Positions 31,368 through 42,009 of a stretch of DNA of 64,000 bases are shown here, one piece after another. Below the pieces are notes generated by a model. The model was not told the DNA's origin and did no database searches. It saw only the letters and a list, made by a program, of their open reading frames with translations. Position 1 is the stretch's first letter, and every line of letters begins with the position of its first letter. Both the position numbers and the translations under genes were made by a program. The stretch is taken from contig CAWDKY010000053.1 of assembly GCA_963802945.1 (NCBI GenBank), positions 64,001-128,000 on the forward strand, given 5' to 3'. The DNA is from an uncultured delta proteobacterium (GTDB taxonomy: Bacteria > Desulfobacterota > RBG-13-43-22).

Positions 31368-32534
31368 CTAAAGTCTATCCAGGTTCATGGTGCTGAACTC
31401 GTTCCAGAAATGGTAGAGCGGCATCCACCACTTCTCCCGCCCGATACAGCGGAAGTACGGCGGTCGGTACGCCCGTATCAGGTCGCCGATTTTATAACGG
31501 GGGAGCACTGGCGTAGAAACAATTAGACTGCCTATCTCCCCGGGCTTCATTTCATACAGCATCTTAACCCTTGAACCGATCTGCACCTCGAAGAAGAACA
31601 TGTCGTAATTCGGCACCCAAGCGCGGATTTTATCTCTCTGCTGTCCGAACATGCCCTCGGTAGCGCCGTAGATTTCGCGGATAGTCACGTCTCCGTAAAG
31701 GGCAGTCAGCGCCGGCTGATAGCGGGTATTGATACCGGCCACGCTCCCCAGCGTCATAATCTGCACCTTCCAAATATTCTTGGGATAGACGCCATGCTTT
31801 TTTTTCAGGTATTTTCCAAAAAGCAAAACGGTCGGTGCGACGCCACCCACCAGCTTGACATCCTCGTTCCTGCCCTTCTGAAAGGCAAGCTCAAAACGCG
31901 CTTCCCAGTCCCGGACGCTCTTGCCGCCACCTAAGGCGTCGATGTCTTCCTGAACGGGCACATTACGGATGGGAGTAAAAGCCGCGACATATTTCACATA
32001 GATACCGGAGCTATAGCCGTAGGCCAGCTCTTTGTCTCCAGATCTTACTGTCCCCACCACCGAAGGGAAATTCAGATTCAGGTTGACGCCATCGAAGAGG
32101 TCGTATTTTTTGTGAGCGGCAACAAAGTTCATCATCGCCCGGCCAGCGCTGACCCGCATTCCTAAATCAGTGGGCGTCATTGGGATAAACTTCGGCTCGT
32201 CACCGGTGGTGCCGCGCGTAATTGCCCAGCCGACCGGGTCTTCATTAAGCAAAAACCTGATGTTGCCCGCCATAACCTTCTGTACCATTGGCTTGACATC
32301 TTCGTAGGTGATGACAGGAAATGATTGTCGGTAGGACTGAATATCCATTACCTTACCGACGCTGTGCTGGTTTCCGTAATCGGTCTGAGCGTAAATTTTC
32401 AGTAGTTTATTGAGCACGGTTTTTTGCGCCTGTGACGGCTGAGCGACCGCACCATGCCACGGCTGTAACATCAATCCGAGAAATTGCGCCATTTCCTGCG
32501 GGTCATGCTGTTGCAATGATATACCTTCGCGCAT
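31368..32534 (-). CDS. GH3-family acyl-adenylate-forming enzyme (short form)
   Basis: TDYG, FPVITYED, TRGTTG..KFIP, EIYGATEG, FFEV, RYKIGD. Confidence 0.85.
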   Translation of the reverse strand: MREGISLQQHDPQEMAQFLGLMLQPWHGAVAQPSQAQKTVLNKLLKIYAQTDYGNQHSVGKVMDIQSYRQSFPVITYEDVKPMVQKVMAGNIRFLLNEDPVGWAITRGTTGDEPKFIPMTPTDLGMRVSAGRAMMNFVAAHKKYDLFDGVNLNLNFPSVVGTVRSGDKELAYGYSSGIYVKYVAAFTPIRNVPVQEDIDALGGGKSVRDWEARFELAFQKGRNEDVKLVGGVAPTVLLFGKYLKKKHGVYPKNIWKVQIMTLGSVAGINTRYQPALTALYGDVTIREIYGATEGMFGQQRDKIRAWVPNYDMFFFEVQIGSRVKMLYEMKPGEIGSLIVSTPVLPRYKIGDLIRAYRPPYFRCIGREKWWMPLYHFWNEFSTMNLDRL

Positions 32535-32763
32535 TGAAATAAATGAAGTTGTTAATGGCCTGCTACCAGTATGATAGGACTCCCGCTATTTACCAATCCG
32601 GGGTCGGTCTTCAGTCTGCGTTCCATTTCAACCAGAGTTGACCAAGCGCAAACATTCGCGGCAATGGTCTCGCCAGCGTTTGCTCGTTCCCCAATAGTTG
32701 GGCTTTCCATGATACAGCTCCTTGAAGATGAAAGCAAGCCGGGTTCAGGACTATAATCTTGCG

Positions 32764-32961
32764 AATCTGGGGACACCTTACTAATTTCTTAGTGAATGGT
32801 CTGGGGAGTAGGTCTAGAATTTTGCACACTGCGGTGTATTAAAACAGAACACCGGAGCAGGGTTTTTCATAAGCACACAATAGAATCAGGTCTTTTATCA
32901 TGGTGTCAACTTTCTGTCTGATGATATTATTTTCTTTGGATGTGCACAGACAATAAATATA
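32764..32961 (+). repeat. R2 copy 3 (diverged) plus right copy of the long direct repeat
   Basis: aatctggggacaccttactaatttcttagtgaatggtc, followed by sequence similar to 28182-28351. Confidence 0.8.
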
Positions 32962-33193
32962 GTAGTGTTCTGCTAACTTTAAACCCTTATCATTCGCTTT
33001 TAGTCAAGGACCCAATCAAAACTTAGAGGTGAAATCCTAAAACAAAAAGGGTCTGCCAGTTCTTTACATACCTCTTGCAAATAAAATTCATCCGGGCTAA
33101 TCTTGCGCTTATTCAAGAAAGCCATTGAAACAGGTAACCAAAAAGGACAAATTGGATCGTACCTTTGGGTTTATCTGGTTCTCTAGAGGGAAA

Positions 33194-33685
33194 ATGCTAA
33201 ATTTCAATATAGTTATAATATTTTCTAAAATTATCTCAGGTGGCCAGACCGGAGTTGATAGGGCAGCCCTAGACGCAGCCTTAGAACTTGGTATTCCTTG
33301 TGGGGGCTGGTGTCCGAATGGCCGAAAGGCCGAGGATGGCCCAATTGACCTTAAGTATCCACTCAAAGAAACTCTCTCCCCCAATTACCCTCATAGGACG
33401 GAGAAGAATGTAAGGGAAGCTGATGGAACCCTTGTTTTGACTAAGGGACCAGTAAGCGGGGGTACTGCCCTAACAGTACAGTTAGCCATTGAATATAAAA
33501 AACCTTATCTGATAATTGACTTAAACAACAAAATAGATCCCCTTATGGCCAGAGAATGGGGAGAGAAACACAATATTGAAATTCTTAATGTGGCCGGACC
33601 AAGTGAAAACACGATTCCGGGGATTCATGACCAGGCAGCGCAATTTCTCAAAGAATTATTAGGGAGGGCCGTATCGGATGAATGA
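33194..33685 (+). CDS. Putative molybdenum carrier protein (MoCo_carrier, SLOG fold)
   Basis: KIISGGQTGVDRAALD, GGWCP.GRKAEDG, RTEKNV..ADGTL, LNVAGP. Confidence 0.9.
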   Translation: MLNFNIVIIFSKIISGGQTGVDRAALDAALELGIPCGGWCPNGRKAEDGPIDLKYPLKETLSPNYPHRTEKNVREADGTLVLTKGPVSGGTALTVQLAIEYKKPYLIIDLNNKIDPLMAREWGEKHNIEILNVAGPSENTIPGIHDQAAQFLKELLGRAVSDE

Positions 33686-33757
33686 GAAGGTGTTCGAGAT
33701 TGACAAGGATGCCCTCAAGATGGCTTTGAAGGGGTTAGTGGGAAGAGGATCAAAAAT

Positions 33758-33789
33758 AAAAAACCCCCTCCGGATGAGAGGGGGTTTTT
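33758..33789. terminator. Bidirectional rho-independent terminator
   Basis: aaaaaaccccctc-cggatga-gagggggttttt between convergent genes. Confidence 0.8.
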
Positions 33790-33812
33790 GTATTATAAAA
33801 ATCAGGTCTGTT

Positions 33813-35634
33813 TTAAAAAGCCGCTTCCGGAATGTCGATGGCCGAGGTGTCTTCCAACTCAAGGCTGAGATGACGGGCAAAGACATTGGGCAGGATATTT
33901 CGGCAGAAGAATTTGACCGTTTCTATTTTCCCGCGGTAGAAGATACCGTCAGCCGAATCAGCAGCAACGCCCTTCAACTGTTCCCGGGCCACTAGGCCCT
34001 CTTCCAACATCAGATTGGCCATCAGGGTTTCGGCGAAACAATCCAGGAAACGGGTAGCGGTTAAAGGTACCAATCGGATCTTCTCTCCCGAAAAATACTG
34101 CATATAGCGGGTCGGGAAATCATTGGTGGCCTGGGCCGCTTTGAGAAGAAGTTCACAATCCTTTCCAAAATCCGGATCAACTTTATGCTGTTCGGCAAAG
34201 GTCATAATCCCCTGGATCCAATCCTGATAAGTCTGGCCGCCGTTCAGGGTCAGCTTTCGGCCAAACAGGTCCTGGGCCTGAATATAATTGGTCCCTTCCC
34301 AAATGGAAACGATCTTGCAGTCTCGGGCATATTGCTCCACCGGGAACTCCTGGCAGTAACCCACGCCGCCCAAAACCTGGATGGCATCCCGGATCAACAT
34401 GTACCCGAAGTCGGAAATATAGGCCTTGACTAAGGGGGTCAGCAGCTCCACCTGGCTGTCGGCCTTTTTTCGGGCGGTCTCGTCGGGATCGTACTCCGAA
34501 ATATCGATCAGATAGAAAAGCTTGCCGATCATGGCCCGCATGGCCTCTGTCCCTGATTTCAAGTTCATGAGCATCCGCCGCACGTCTTCATGTTGAATAA
34601 TCGTCACGGACGCCCCTCGACGATTGGTAAGCAGAGGCCCCTGAACCCTTTCTTTGGCGTATTGGCGGGCAGTGTCGTAGGCGGCGGCCGTCAAGCCCAG
34701 GGTTTGGACCCCACAGCCCATCCGGGCTTCATTCATCATCTCAAACATCCTGGCCATGCCGCTGTGAGGTTGACCCAGCTAGGATGCCCCGGCAGCCCCC
34801 TTTTTCCCCGAAGATCAGGGAGGCAGTGGAGGAGCCGTGGATGCCCATTTTATGTTCAATGCTGCTGCAAAAGACATCGTTGGGTTCCCCCAGGGTTCCA
34901 TCGGGATTGACCCAGATCTTGGGCACGATAAAAAGAGAAATCCCTTTGGTCCCCGGCGGGCCTCCTTCGATCTTGGCCAGGACCAGGTGGATGATGTTTT
35001 CCGCCATATCATGATTGCCGCAGGTAATAAAACACTTGTTACCTTCAATTTTATATATTCGTGGATCTTTGGAATTCGGGTCAGGCAAGGCCTTGGCTCG
35101 CGTGTTGCCCACATCAGAGCCGGCATTAGGTTCAGTCAGACACATGGTGCCGGTCCATACGCCGGTATTCAATTTTTCCAGGAAAAGGGCCTTGTCCTCC
35201 TCAGTCCCGTAATGTTCAATGACCCGGGCGTTGGAAATACTGAGGCCCGGGTAAGTCATAAAGGCCATATTGGCGGCGATAAACAATTCGTTGATCAATC
35301 CGGTCAAGGCATTCGGCAGGCCCTGCCCCCCAAAAGCGGGGGTGCCGTTCAGAGAGATCCAGCTGTTTTCCTTCATCACCTTCCAGACCTGATGAAAGGA
35401 TTCGGGGACCTTGACCTCTCCATTGTCATAGGTACAACCTTCCTTGTCCCCATCCTGATTGGTCGGGCCTATGACTTCTTTACTGACCTTCATAGCCTCC
35501 TGGATGATCATCTCAAAATCATCCAGACTGAAGTCCTTGAAGGCCTCATACTTCAAAAGATCGGCGACTTTGAGATATTCAAAAAGAACAAACCTCAGGT
35601 CCCGATCGTCTCGGTTGAAAAAATTTGTACCCAT
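33813..35634 (-). CDS. Acyl-CoA dehydrogenase (about 600-aa type; frameshift near 34780)
   Basis: GTMCLTEPNAGSDVG, GTKGISLFIVPK, EHKMGIHGS, MFEMMNEAR, IQVLGGVGY, IWEGTN. Confidence 0.92.
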
Positions 35635-35738
35635 AAAACTCCTCCTTATTTAAGATCAAAAATTCTCTAGATACCGGCTGAAGTTTATTTCGAATTAAAG
35701 TGTAGTGTCTCAATAACAGGTTACAATAGTTCTTCTGC

Positions 35739-35952
35739 CGTCATTCCCGCGAAGAGACTGTGTCGCAATTCCCTTTTTGTCATTCCGTGCAAGCGAAGCG
35801 CGACGAGGAGCCTGCCCCGGACTCGATCCGGGGGAATCCAGGGGATATGGGTCTGGTTCCCGGCTTTCGCCGGGACGACGTCTGGATGCCGGCTTTCGCC
35901 GGCATGACGGCCCTGTCCGCTATTACGACACAGCCTCCAAGTCCGGAATGAC
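35739..35952. repeat. REP-like palindromic repeat cluster
   Basis: gtcattcccgcg, gtcattccg..ggaatccag, cccggctttcgccggg, gccggctttcgccggcatgac; same style as 4003-4163. Confidence 0.7.
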
Positions 35953-36116
35953 GAGACTGTAAAGTAGCTATTGTTAAAGTACACTAATCAACCGGAATGA
36001 CAACAAAAGAATTTTTGTTTTGTTTTTTCTGTATTATATACAATTAAAGAACAAAATGGAAGAATAATTGAAGAAAGACCTTGAAGGATTGGTAAAAAAC
36101 AGGATAAAATCAATCC

Positions 36117-38116
36117 ATGAAGCAAGCCTTTAAACTCATTTCCGAATTCCTGCCCAAGGGAGATCAGCCCCAGGCCATTGAACAATTAATTCAGGGTGTT
36201 GACCAGGGATTGGGTCATCAGGTGTTATTGGGGGTCACCGGTTCAGGGAAGACCTTCACCATGGCCCAGGTAGTAGCCCGGGTTAATAAGCCGACCTTGG
36301 TCCTGGCCCCGAACAAGACCCTGGCCGCCCAGCTTTATGGAGAATTCAAATCCTTTTTCCCGGAAAATGCGGTGGAATATTTCGTCAGTTATTATGACTA
36401 TTACCAACCCGAGGCCTACCTCCCCCAGACCGACACCTACATCGACAAGGACTCTTCCATCAACGAAGCCATCGATAAAATGCGCCATTCGGCCACCCGA
36501 TCATTGTTGACCCGCAGCGATTGCCTGATCGTGGCTAGCGTCTCTTGCATTTACGGCCTGGGCTCCCCGGAAGCCTACCAGGGGATGCTCTTGTCTTTAA
36601 AAGAAAACCAGGAAATAAAAAGAGAAGAAGTTCTCATCCAACTGGTGTCCATGCTATATGAACGAAACGACTTCGACTTCCATCGGGGAACCTTTCGGGT
36701 CCGAGGTGATGTGGTGGAAGTTTTTCCGGCTTACGAAGAAGATCAGGCCCTGCGTATCAACTTCTTCGGCGATTCCATCGAATCCCTTTCCATAATCGAT
36801 CCCTTGCGGGGCAAAAAAATCGAACGATTGGAACAGATTCATATCTTCCCCAACAGCCATTATGTGACTTCAGAGGAGAGAATGGAACAGGCCTTTCAAG
36901 CCATCGAACAAGAACTGGAAGAACGGATTGTTTTTTTTCGCTCCCGGAGATAAATTACTGGAGGCCCAACGCATCGAAGAACGGACCCGGTTCGATCTGG
37001 AAATGATGAAGGAACTTGGCTATTGTCACGGTATAGAAAATTATTCCCGTCATCTCACCGGCCGGCAGCCCGGCCAGCCCCCCCCTACCCTGCTGGAATA
37101 TTTTCCCAGAGACTTTCTCCTTTTTATTGACGAAAGTCATTTGGCTGTACCTCAACTCCAGGGCATGTATCGGGGGGACCGATCCCGCAAACAGACCCTG
37201 GTCGATTACGGCTTCAGGCTCCCTTCGGCCCTGGACAATCGTCCCTTGAATTTCAAAGAATTTGAAAACCTGGTCAATCAGGTCATTTATGTCTCGGCCA
37301 CTCCGGCCGAATATGAGCTGAGAAAATCAGAGGGAGTGGTGGCCGAACAGGTCATCCGGCCCACGGGATTGATGGATCCCCAAATCCAGGTCTTTCCGGC
37401 CGACAATCAGGTGGAGCATCTGAAAAAAGAGATTGACAAAACGGGTCTCCCGCCAGGAGCGGATTCTGGTCACCACCCTGACCAAACGTCTGGCCGAGAA
37501 TCTGACCGAATATTACCAGGAATTAGGGATAAAGGTCCGCTATCTTCATTCCGATATCGATACCCTGGAGCGGATCGAGATCCTTCGGGATTTACGTCTG
37601 GGGGCCTTTGATTGCCTGGTCGGGATCAATCTCCTGCGGGAAGGGCTGGACCTACCCGAAGTCAGCCTGGTGGCCATCCTGGATGCCGACAAGGAAGGTT
37701 TTTTACGCTCCACCCGATCCCTGATCCAGACCTGCGGCCGGGCCTCTCGAAATATTTCCGGAGAAGTCTATTTTTATGCCAACCAGATCACCCGTTCCAT
37801 GCAGGAGGCCATCGATGAAACGGAAAAACGCCGGGCCATTCAAACAGCCTACAATAAAAAAAATAAAATAACACCCACTTCCATAAAAAAATCGATCCAG
37901 GATATCATGGCTTCGGTCTATGAGGCCGATTACGTTACTGTTCCCATTGCCAAGGATAAACAAAAGGAATTTGCCGAGCCCGAGCAGATCCCACAACTGA
38001 TCAAACAACTCAGAAAAAGGATGAAAGATGCGGCTACCCGGCTGGATTTTGAAGAGGCCGCTGAACTGCGGGACCGGATCAAGGTTTTGCAAGAAGAGGA
38101 ATTGCTGTGGAAATGA
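36117..38116 (+). CDS. uvrB: Excinuclease ABC subunit B (two frameshifts)
   Basis: [64 protein letters not shown]-terminal UVR domain. Confidence 0.96.
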
Positions 38117-38241
38117 TAAAAACAGGTGTAAGGTTCAAGGTACAAGGTACACGGAAAAGGTAATAACATATTTTTCTCTCCGTGGGGTTTATAGCCCATA
38201 ACTCTTTGCCTTTTGCCTGATTACTAAACAAGGAGGAAACC

Positions 38242-39675
38242 GTGATTAATTATTATGCCCTTGGGGCTTTTCTTGTAGGACTTATTTTCGGCACAGTATT
38301 AGCCTGGATAATCTTCCGGCTGAAAACCTCTCAGAAAATTTCCGAAGGCATCCAGCCCTATCAATCGGAAATGGCCGTCTTGGGGGAACGCATCAAATCA
38401 CGAGAATCCGAGCTCCAGGGTTTGACGTCCGACAACCGAGAACTGGAAATGGAAGTGAATAGATTAAGGGAAGAGAATAGCAATCTGAAACAGGTCCAAA
38501 CCGAACTGGAAACCCTGTTGCATAAAGAACGTCAGGCCATGGAGGAAAAAATTGCGCTCCTGAATGAAGCTTCTAAAAAAATGGAGGATGCCTTCAAGGC
38601 CTTATCGGCTGAATGTTTAAGAAGCAATAATCAGCAGTTTTTAGACTTGGCCAAGGCCACCCTGGAAAAATTTCAGTCCGAGGCCAAAGGAGATCTGGAG
38701 CAGCGTCAAAAAGCCGTGGAAGGCACCATCGCCCCTTTAAAGGAAACCCTGGAAAAATATGTTCAACAGGTCCAAGCCATGGAAATGTCCCGCCAGCAGG
38801 CTTACGGCAGTCTGAGTCAGTATTTGGAATCCATGGCTGTTGCTGAAAAACAGCTCCAACAAGAAACCGGTAACCTGGTGAAGGCCTTGAGATCTCCCCA
38901 GGTCCGGGGAAGATGGGGGGAAATCACGCTAAAACGGGTGGCTGAATTGGCCGGCATGTCCGAACATTGTGATTTTTTTGAGCAGGAATCGGTGAAAAGC
39001 GAGGAAGGGAATTTACGCCCGGACATGAAGGTTCAATTGCCCAACAAAAAAGTGGTAGTCGTGGATTCCAAGGCCCCCTTGCAGTCCTATTTGGATTCCC
39101 TCGAGGCCCCGACCGAGGAGGAACGAAAAACCAAACTGCGGGACCATGCCCGTCTCATACAGACACACATGCAAAAACTTTCCGCCAAAAATTACTGGGA
39201 TCAGTTCTCCGAGGCCCCGGAATTTGTCATCCTTTTTTTACCGGGAGAAAATTTCTTCAGCGCCGCCCTGGAACAAAACCCTTATTTGATCGAAGAGGGA
39301 GTGAATCAAAAAGTCATTCTGGCCACACCCACCACCCTGATTACACTTTTGCGGGCCGTTGCCTATGGCTGGCGTCAGGAGGCCCTGACTGAAAATGCCC
39401 AGGCCATCAGTGAAATGGGAAAAACCCTGTATGAACGTCTGGTCAAGTTGGCCGTCCACTTTGCCGAGTTGGGAAGGTATCTCGATAAGTCTCTTCATGC
39501 CTATAATGAGGCCGTCGGCTCCTTGGAAAGTCGGGTCCTGGTGTCTGCCCGGCGTTTTAAGGAACTGGGCATCAGTTCCAAGGCCAATGTCCCTGAATTA
39601 CGCCCTTTGGAAAATAGCGCCCGAAATTTTCAGTCACCGGAGTTTGATACCGAAAAAGATATAGTGGAGGTATGA
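38242..39675 (+). CDS. rmuC: DNA recombination protein RmuC
   Basis: N-terminal TM and coiled coil, RGRWGE..L..VAELAGM, RPD...LP, VVDSKAP, PEFVILFLPGE, LATPTTL. Confidence 0.95.
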   Translation: MINYYALGAFLVGLIFGTVLAWIIFRLKTSQKISEGIQPYQSEMAVLGERIKSRESELQGLTSDNRELEMEVNRLREENSNLKQVQTELETLLHKERQAMEEKIALLNEASKKMEDAFKALSAECLRSNNQQFLDLAKATLEKFQSEAKGDLEQRQKAVEGTIAPLKETLEKYVQQVQAMEMSRQQAYGSLSQYLESMAVAEKQLQQETGNLVKALRSPQVRGRWGEITLKRVAELAGMSEHCDFFEQESVKSEEGNLRPDMKVQLPNKKVVVVDSKAPLQSYLDSLEAPTEEERKTKLRDHARLIQTHMQKLSAKNYWDQFSEAPEFVILFLPGENFFSAALEQNPYLIEEGVNQKVILATPTTLITLLRAVAYGWRQEALTENAQAISEMGKTLYERLVKLAVHFAELGRYLDKSLHAYNEAVGSLESRVLVSARRFKELGISSKANVPELRPLENSARNFQSPEFDTEKDIVEV

Positions 39676-39947
39676 AAACTGTTAAAAATAAAGCCTTCTG
39701 AGCCGGTTGCGGCCGATAAAAATTTGTGGTTTTATATTTATATTATCGATAAAACATAAACCTTTTTCTTCACATGTTTTGTTATTTCTCCTTGTCTCCT
39801 CTTATGGGCTTGTTTTTACCCGAAAGGCAAAGAGATCTTTTTGACCAGGCTATTTCCTTCCCAACTCTTAATTTTTTCTTGTATTTTTCGTGTTATCGCC
39901 TATGATTTCCTCATGGGAAATTAGAAAAAACAGAAGGGAGTCCGCCT

Positions 39948-41849
39948 ATGGCTCTGGGACTGGATAACGGCCTTTTTCAGGAAATGAAAAAAGGGGTTCC
40001 GGAAAAGTTCATCTCCGAAGAAGAAATTTTCAGTCATATCCATCGGGGCGACCGCATTTTTATCAGCACCGCCTGCGGTGAACCCCAATATCTGGTTCAA
40101 TCCCTGATTCGTTTTGTGGAATCAAACCCCAAGGCCTTTTTTGATGCGGAAGTCCTTCATGTCTGGACCCTGGGGGTCGCTCCTTATACGGATGAAAAAT
40201 TTAAAACCAATTTCCGCCATAATTCTTTTTTTGTTGGTAACAATTCTCGGGAGGCAGTCAATCGGGGGCTGGCCGATTATACGCCTATATTTCTATCCAA
40301 TGTTCCCGAATGGTTCCGCCGAGGGCTGGTCCCTATCAATGTAGCCCTGATCCAGACTTCCCTGCCGGACAATCATGGCTATTTAAGCCTAGGAATCAGC
40401 GTGGACATTGTGAAAGCCGCTTTGGAAAACGCTTCCCTGGTCATTGCCCAGGTCAATCCCAATATGCCCCGGGTTCATGGGGATGGATTCATCCATATCA
40501 ACGACATCAATTTTCTTATCTATCATGATGAGCCTCTTCTGGAATATGAAGCGGTTGCTCCTAACGAAACGGCTCAACTGATCGGGAAATACGTGGCCCG
40601 CATTGTCCAGGATGGGGATACCATTCAGGTGGGCTATGGGAGTCTGCCCAATGCCATTCTGGATAACTTGAGTCAAAAAAAACATCTCGGAGTTCACACC
40701 GAATTACTGACCGATGGTTTAGTGGAATTAATGAAAAAAGGCGTGATCGACAACAGTCGAAAGACCTTAAACCGGGGTAAAACCGTAGCCACCTTCTGTA
40801 TGGGCCACCGGAAGACTTACGAGTTCATCGACGACAATCCAAGCATCGAATTCCGGACGATCGATTATACCAATAATCCCCTGATGATCGCCCAACAAAA
40901 AAACATGACCGCCATCAACAGTGCCCTGGAGATCGATCTGACCGGACAGGTCACCGCCGAATCCCTGGGCAAGACCTTCTACAGCGGGATCGGAGGGCAG
41001 GCGGATTTCATGCGTGGGGCCGTTCTGGCCCCGGGCGGCAAAAGCATCCTGGCCATCCAGTCCACTGCCGAATGGGGCAAGGTGTCCCGCATTGTTCCCT
41101 TCCTGCGGGAAGGAGCCGGTGCAACCCTCCTCCGCGGCGATGTTCATTATGTGGTGACGGAATACGGGATCGTCTACCTTCATGGGAAAAATATTCGAGA
41201 ACGGGCCATGGCTTTGATTTCCATTGCCCATCCTGATTTTCGCCCCTGGTTGATTGAAGAAGCCAAAAAGGCCAATCTCATCTATGGGGACCAGGCCTTC
41301 ATCCCCGGCGAAAAGGGAGAATATCCGGAACATTTGGAAATCTATCGAACTACACCAAAAGGGCTACAACTCTTCCTTCGGCCGGTAAAAATCAGTGATG
41401 AGCCTTTATTAAAAGATTTTTTTTACTCCCTCTCCGATCAAAGCATGTATCGCCGGTTCATTTCTTTTCGCCGGGATATGCCCCACGAGCGGCTGCAGGA
41501 ATATGTGATTATCGATTATACCAAGGAAATGATCATCCTGGCCTGCGTCAAAGAAGGGGAAATGGAAAAAGTCGTCGCCATCGGACAATATTATATCGAC
41601 CCCAATACCCACAGCGCCGAAGTGGCCCAGGCTACCCGTGAAGAATATCAGGGAAAAGGGATCGGCACGGAACTGCTTCTATATCTAACCTATCTGGCCA
41701 AACGGGAGGGTCTATTAGGTTTTACAGCCGAAGTCCTAATCGAAAACAGACCGATGCTCCATTTATTTGAGAAGATGGGGTTTGACATACAACGGCAAGG
41801 AGCACAAGGGGTATATGAATTAAAGATGACCTTCCGGGAGACAGGATAA
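39948..41849 (+). CDS. Acetyl-CoA hydrolase/CoA-transferase fused to a C-terminal GNAT domain
   Basis: LGVHTE, INSALEIDLTGQ, SGIGGQADF.RGA, VVTEYG; C-terminal RPVKISDE, QGKGIGTELL, NRPMLHLF. Confidence 0.92.
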   Translation: MALGLDNGLFQEMKKGVPEKFISEEEIFSHIHRGDRIFISTACGEPQYLVQSLIRFVESNPKAFFDAEVLHVWTLGVAPYTDEKFKTNFRHNSFFVGNNSREAVNRGLADYTPIFLSNVPEWFRRGLVPINVALIQTSLPDNHGYLSLGISVDIVKAALENASLVIAQVNPNMPRVHGDGFIHINDINFLIYHDEPLLEYEAVAPNETAQLIGKYVARIVQDGDTIQVGYGSLPNAILDNLSQKKHLGVHTELLTDGLVELMKKGVIDNSRKTLNRGKTVATFCMGHRKTYEFIDDNPSIEFRTIDYTNNPLMIAQQKNMTAINSALEIDLTGQVTAESLGKTFYSGIGGQADFMRGAVLAPGGKSILAIQSTAEWGKVSRIVPFLREGAGATLLRGDVHYVVTEYGIVYLHGKNIRERAMALISIAHPDFRPWLIEEAKKANLIYGDQAFIPGEKGEYPEHLEIYRTTPKGLQLFLRPVKISDEPLLKDFFYSLSDQSMYRRFISFRRDMPHERLQEYVIIDYTKEMIILACVKEGEMEKVVAIGQYYIDPNTHSAEVAQATREEYQGKGIGTELLLYLTYLAKREGLLGFTAEVLIENRPMLHLFEKMGFDIQRQGAQGVYELKMTFRETG

Positions 41850-42009
41850 CAGATCCCTAATAGGGTTTAAAGAAGCTCTCGAAGCTGCCGATTTAAGGTA
41901 TAAGGTGGGCGGTACATGGTTTTTCCTTGAACCTTGTACCTTGTACCGTTTCTTGAACCCTCGAAACCTATTTTCATACTAAACCTTTGTCAAGCTGCTT
42001 TTTGGAAAT

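Noticed and set aside
32552-32776. 74-aa minus-strand ORF upstream of the GH3 gene
   Set aside because: It starts inside the R2 repeat and is probably the C-terminal stub of a truncated gene; no family could be assigned.
18596-32806. R1 and R2 repeats as a CRISPR array or canonical integron attC array
   Set aside because: Spacing is 0.8-2.3 kb, there are no cas genes or integron integrase in the window, and I see no RYYYAAC...GTTRRRY boxes.
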